Of a stretch of DNA of 64,000 nucleotides, positions 63,391 through 64,000 are shown in pieces. The position numbers and the translations under genes are program-made. Every line of letters begins with the position of its first letter. Positions within the stretch are counted from its first letter, which is position 1. Origin of the DNA: an uncultured delta proteobacterium (lineage in GTDB: Bacteria; Desulfobacterota; Desulfobacteria; Desulfobacterales; QNYZ01); contig CAWJQU010000004.1 in the NCBI GenBank assembly GCA_963845145.1, forward strand, positions 1 to 64,000, read 5' to 3'. The notes under the pieces are model-generated. The model was not told where the DNA came from. It saw only the letters and a list, made by a program, of their open reading frames with translations, and did not search any database.

Positions 63391-64000
63391 TTACATCAGG
63401 ATTTTTCCATGTTTCTTTTTCTGCGCTTTCATTGTTTGCAATTCACGATCGCCGGGGATAACGATGCTCCGGTCCGGTGTAAAATCGAGTTTACGGCTTC
63501 GGCCATGGTAGCGCACTGAATCGAGTATCAACTTCATGGTCGATAACCGGGCCAAATGTTTGTCGTCGGAGCGAACAATATACCATGGAGATTGTTTGGT
63601 ATGGGTTTTCTTTAAGAGCATAAATTTCTTCTCGGTGAACTCGTCCCATAGATCCTGGGCTTGAAGGTCGACTTCGGAAAGCTTCCATTGTCTTAAGGGG
63701 TCGTTTTTGCGTCGTTCGAAGCGTCGCTCCTGTTCTTTTTTGGTGACCGAGAAATAGAGTTTGAGTAAAATCGTTCGGCCTGCGTCTTCCAGAAAATTAT
63801 TTTCATAGACCACCACTTTTTTCATAAAGCGTTTGTATTGCGCCTGGGTGCAGAAGCCCATCACCGGCTCCACCATCGCCCGGTTGTACCAGCTGCGGTC
63901 GAACAAGACGATTTCGCCGGCATGGGGAAAGTGCTCGACATATCGTTTGATATGAAGCTCGGTCCGTTGCCGCTCACTCGGTTTTCCCAAGGCCACAACG
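63391..64000 (-). CDS. ppk2: Polyphosphate kinase 2, class I-like (5' part outside the window)
   Basis: VALGKPS, FDRSWYNRAMVE.VMGFC, WKLS.VD, PW..V.SDDK. Confidence 0.92.
   Translation of the reverse strand, partial: VVALGKPSERQRTELHIKRYVEHFPHAGEIVLFDRSWYNRAMVEPVMGFCTQAQYKRFMKKVVVYENNFLEDAGRTILLKLYFSVTKKEQERRFERRKNDPLRQWKLSEVDLQAQDLWDEFTEKKFMLLKKTHTKQSPWYIVRSDDKHLARLSTMKLILDSVRYHGRSRKLDFTPDRSIVIPGDRELQTMKAQKKKHGKILM

Overview
Bacterial chromosomal window, most consistent with an anaerobic deltaproteobacterium of the Desulfobacterales type (inferred from gene content and repeat families). Left to right: (1) nested, decayed IS630-in-IS481; (2) two paralogous, frameshifted, sigma54-preceded secreted Fn3/Ig/CBM-like genes interleaved with three toxin-antitoxin pairs (vapBC and dinJ-yafQ bracketed by direct copies of a modular palindromic repeat); (3) a dipeptide ABC operon with two M20 hydrolases, interrupted by tandem arrays of the same repeat; (4) an AT-rich island (secreted metalloprotease, Lnt, membrane-bound PDZ/GAF sigma54 activator and a sigma54 target operon); (5) a ~15 kb aminoethylphosphonate catabolic cluster; (6) branched/short-chain acyl-CoA genes (HMG-CoA lyase-like, IcmF, thiolase, Hbd) under one TetR operator; (7) a polyphosphate locus (three PPK2, SixA, small basic proteins). 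The standout is the phosphonate cluster. It has uptake, PbfA and PhnW but no recognisable PhnX, PhnY/PhnA or C-P lyase. Instead it encodes a SauS-like CoA-acylating aldehyde dehydrogenase, two citryl-CoA-lyase-fold proteins with rewritten catalytic motifs, a HAD hydrolase and a PHPT1/Janus-like phosphohistidine phosphatase. This suggests an undescribed CoA-dependent C-P cleavage route: phosphonoacetaldehyde -> phosphonoacetyl-CoA -> acetyl-CoA + Pi. All family assignments come from motif recognition by eye; no searches were run. Clustered frameshifts may be long-read assembly errors.
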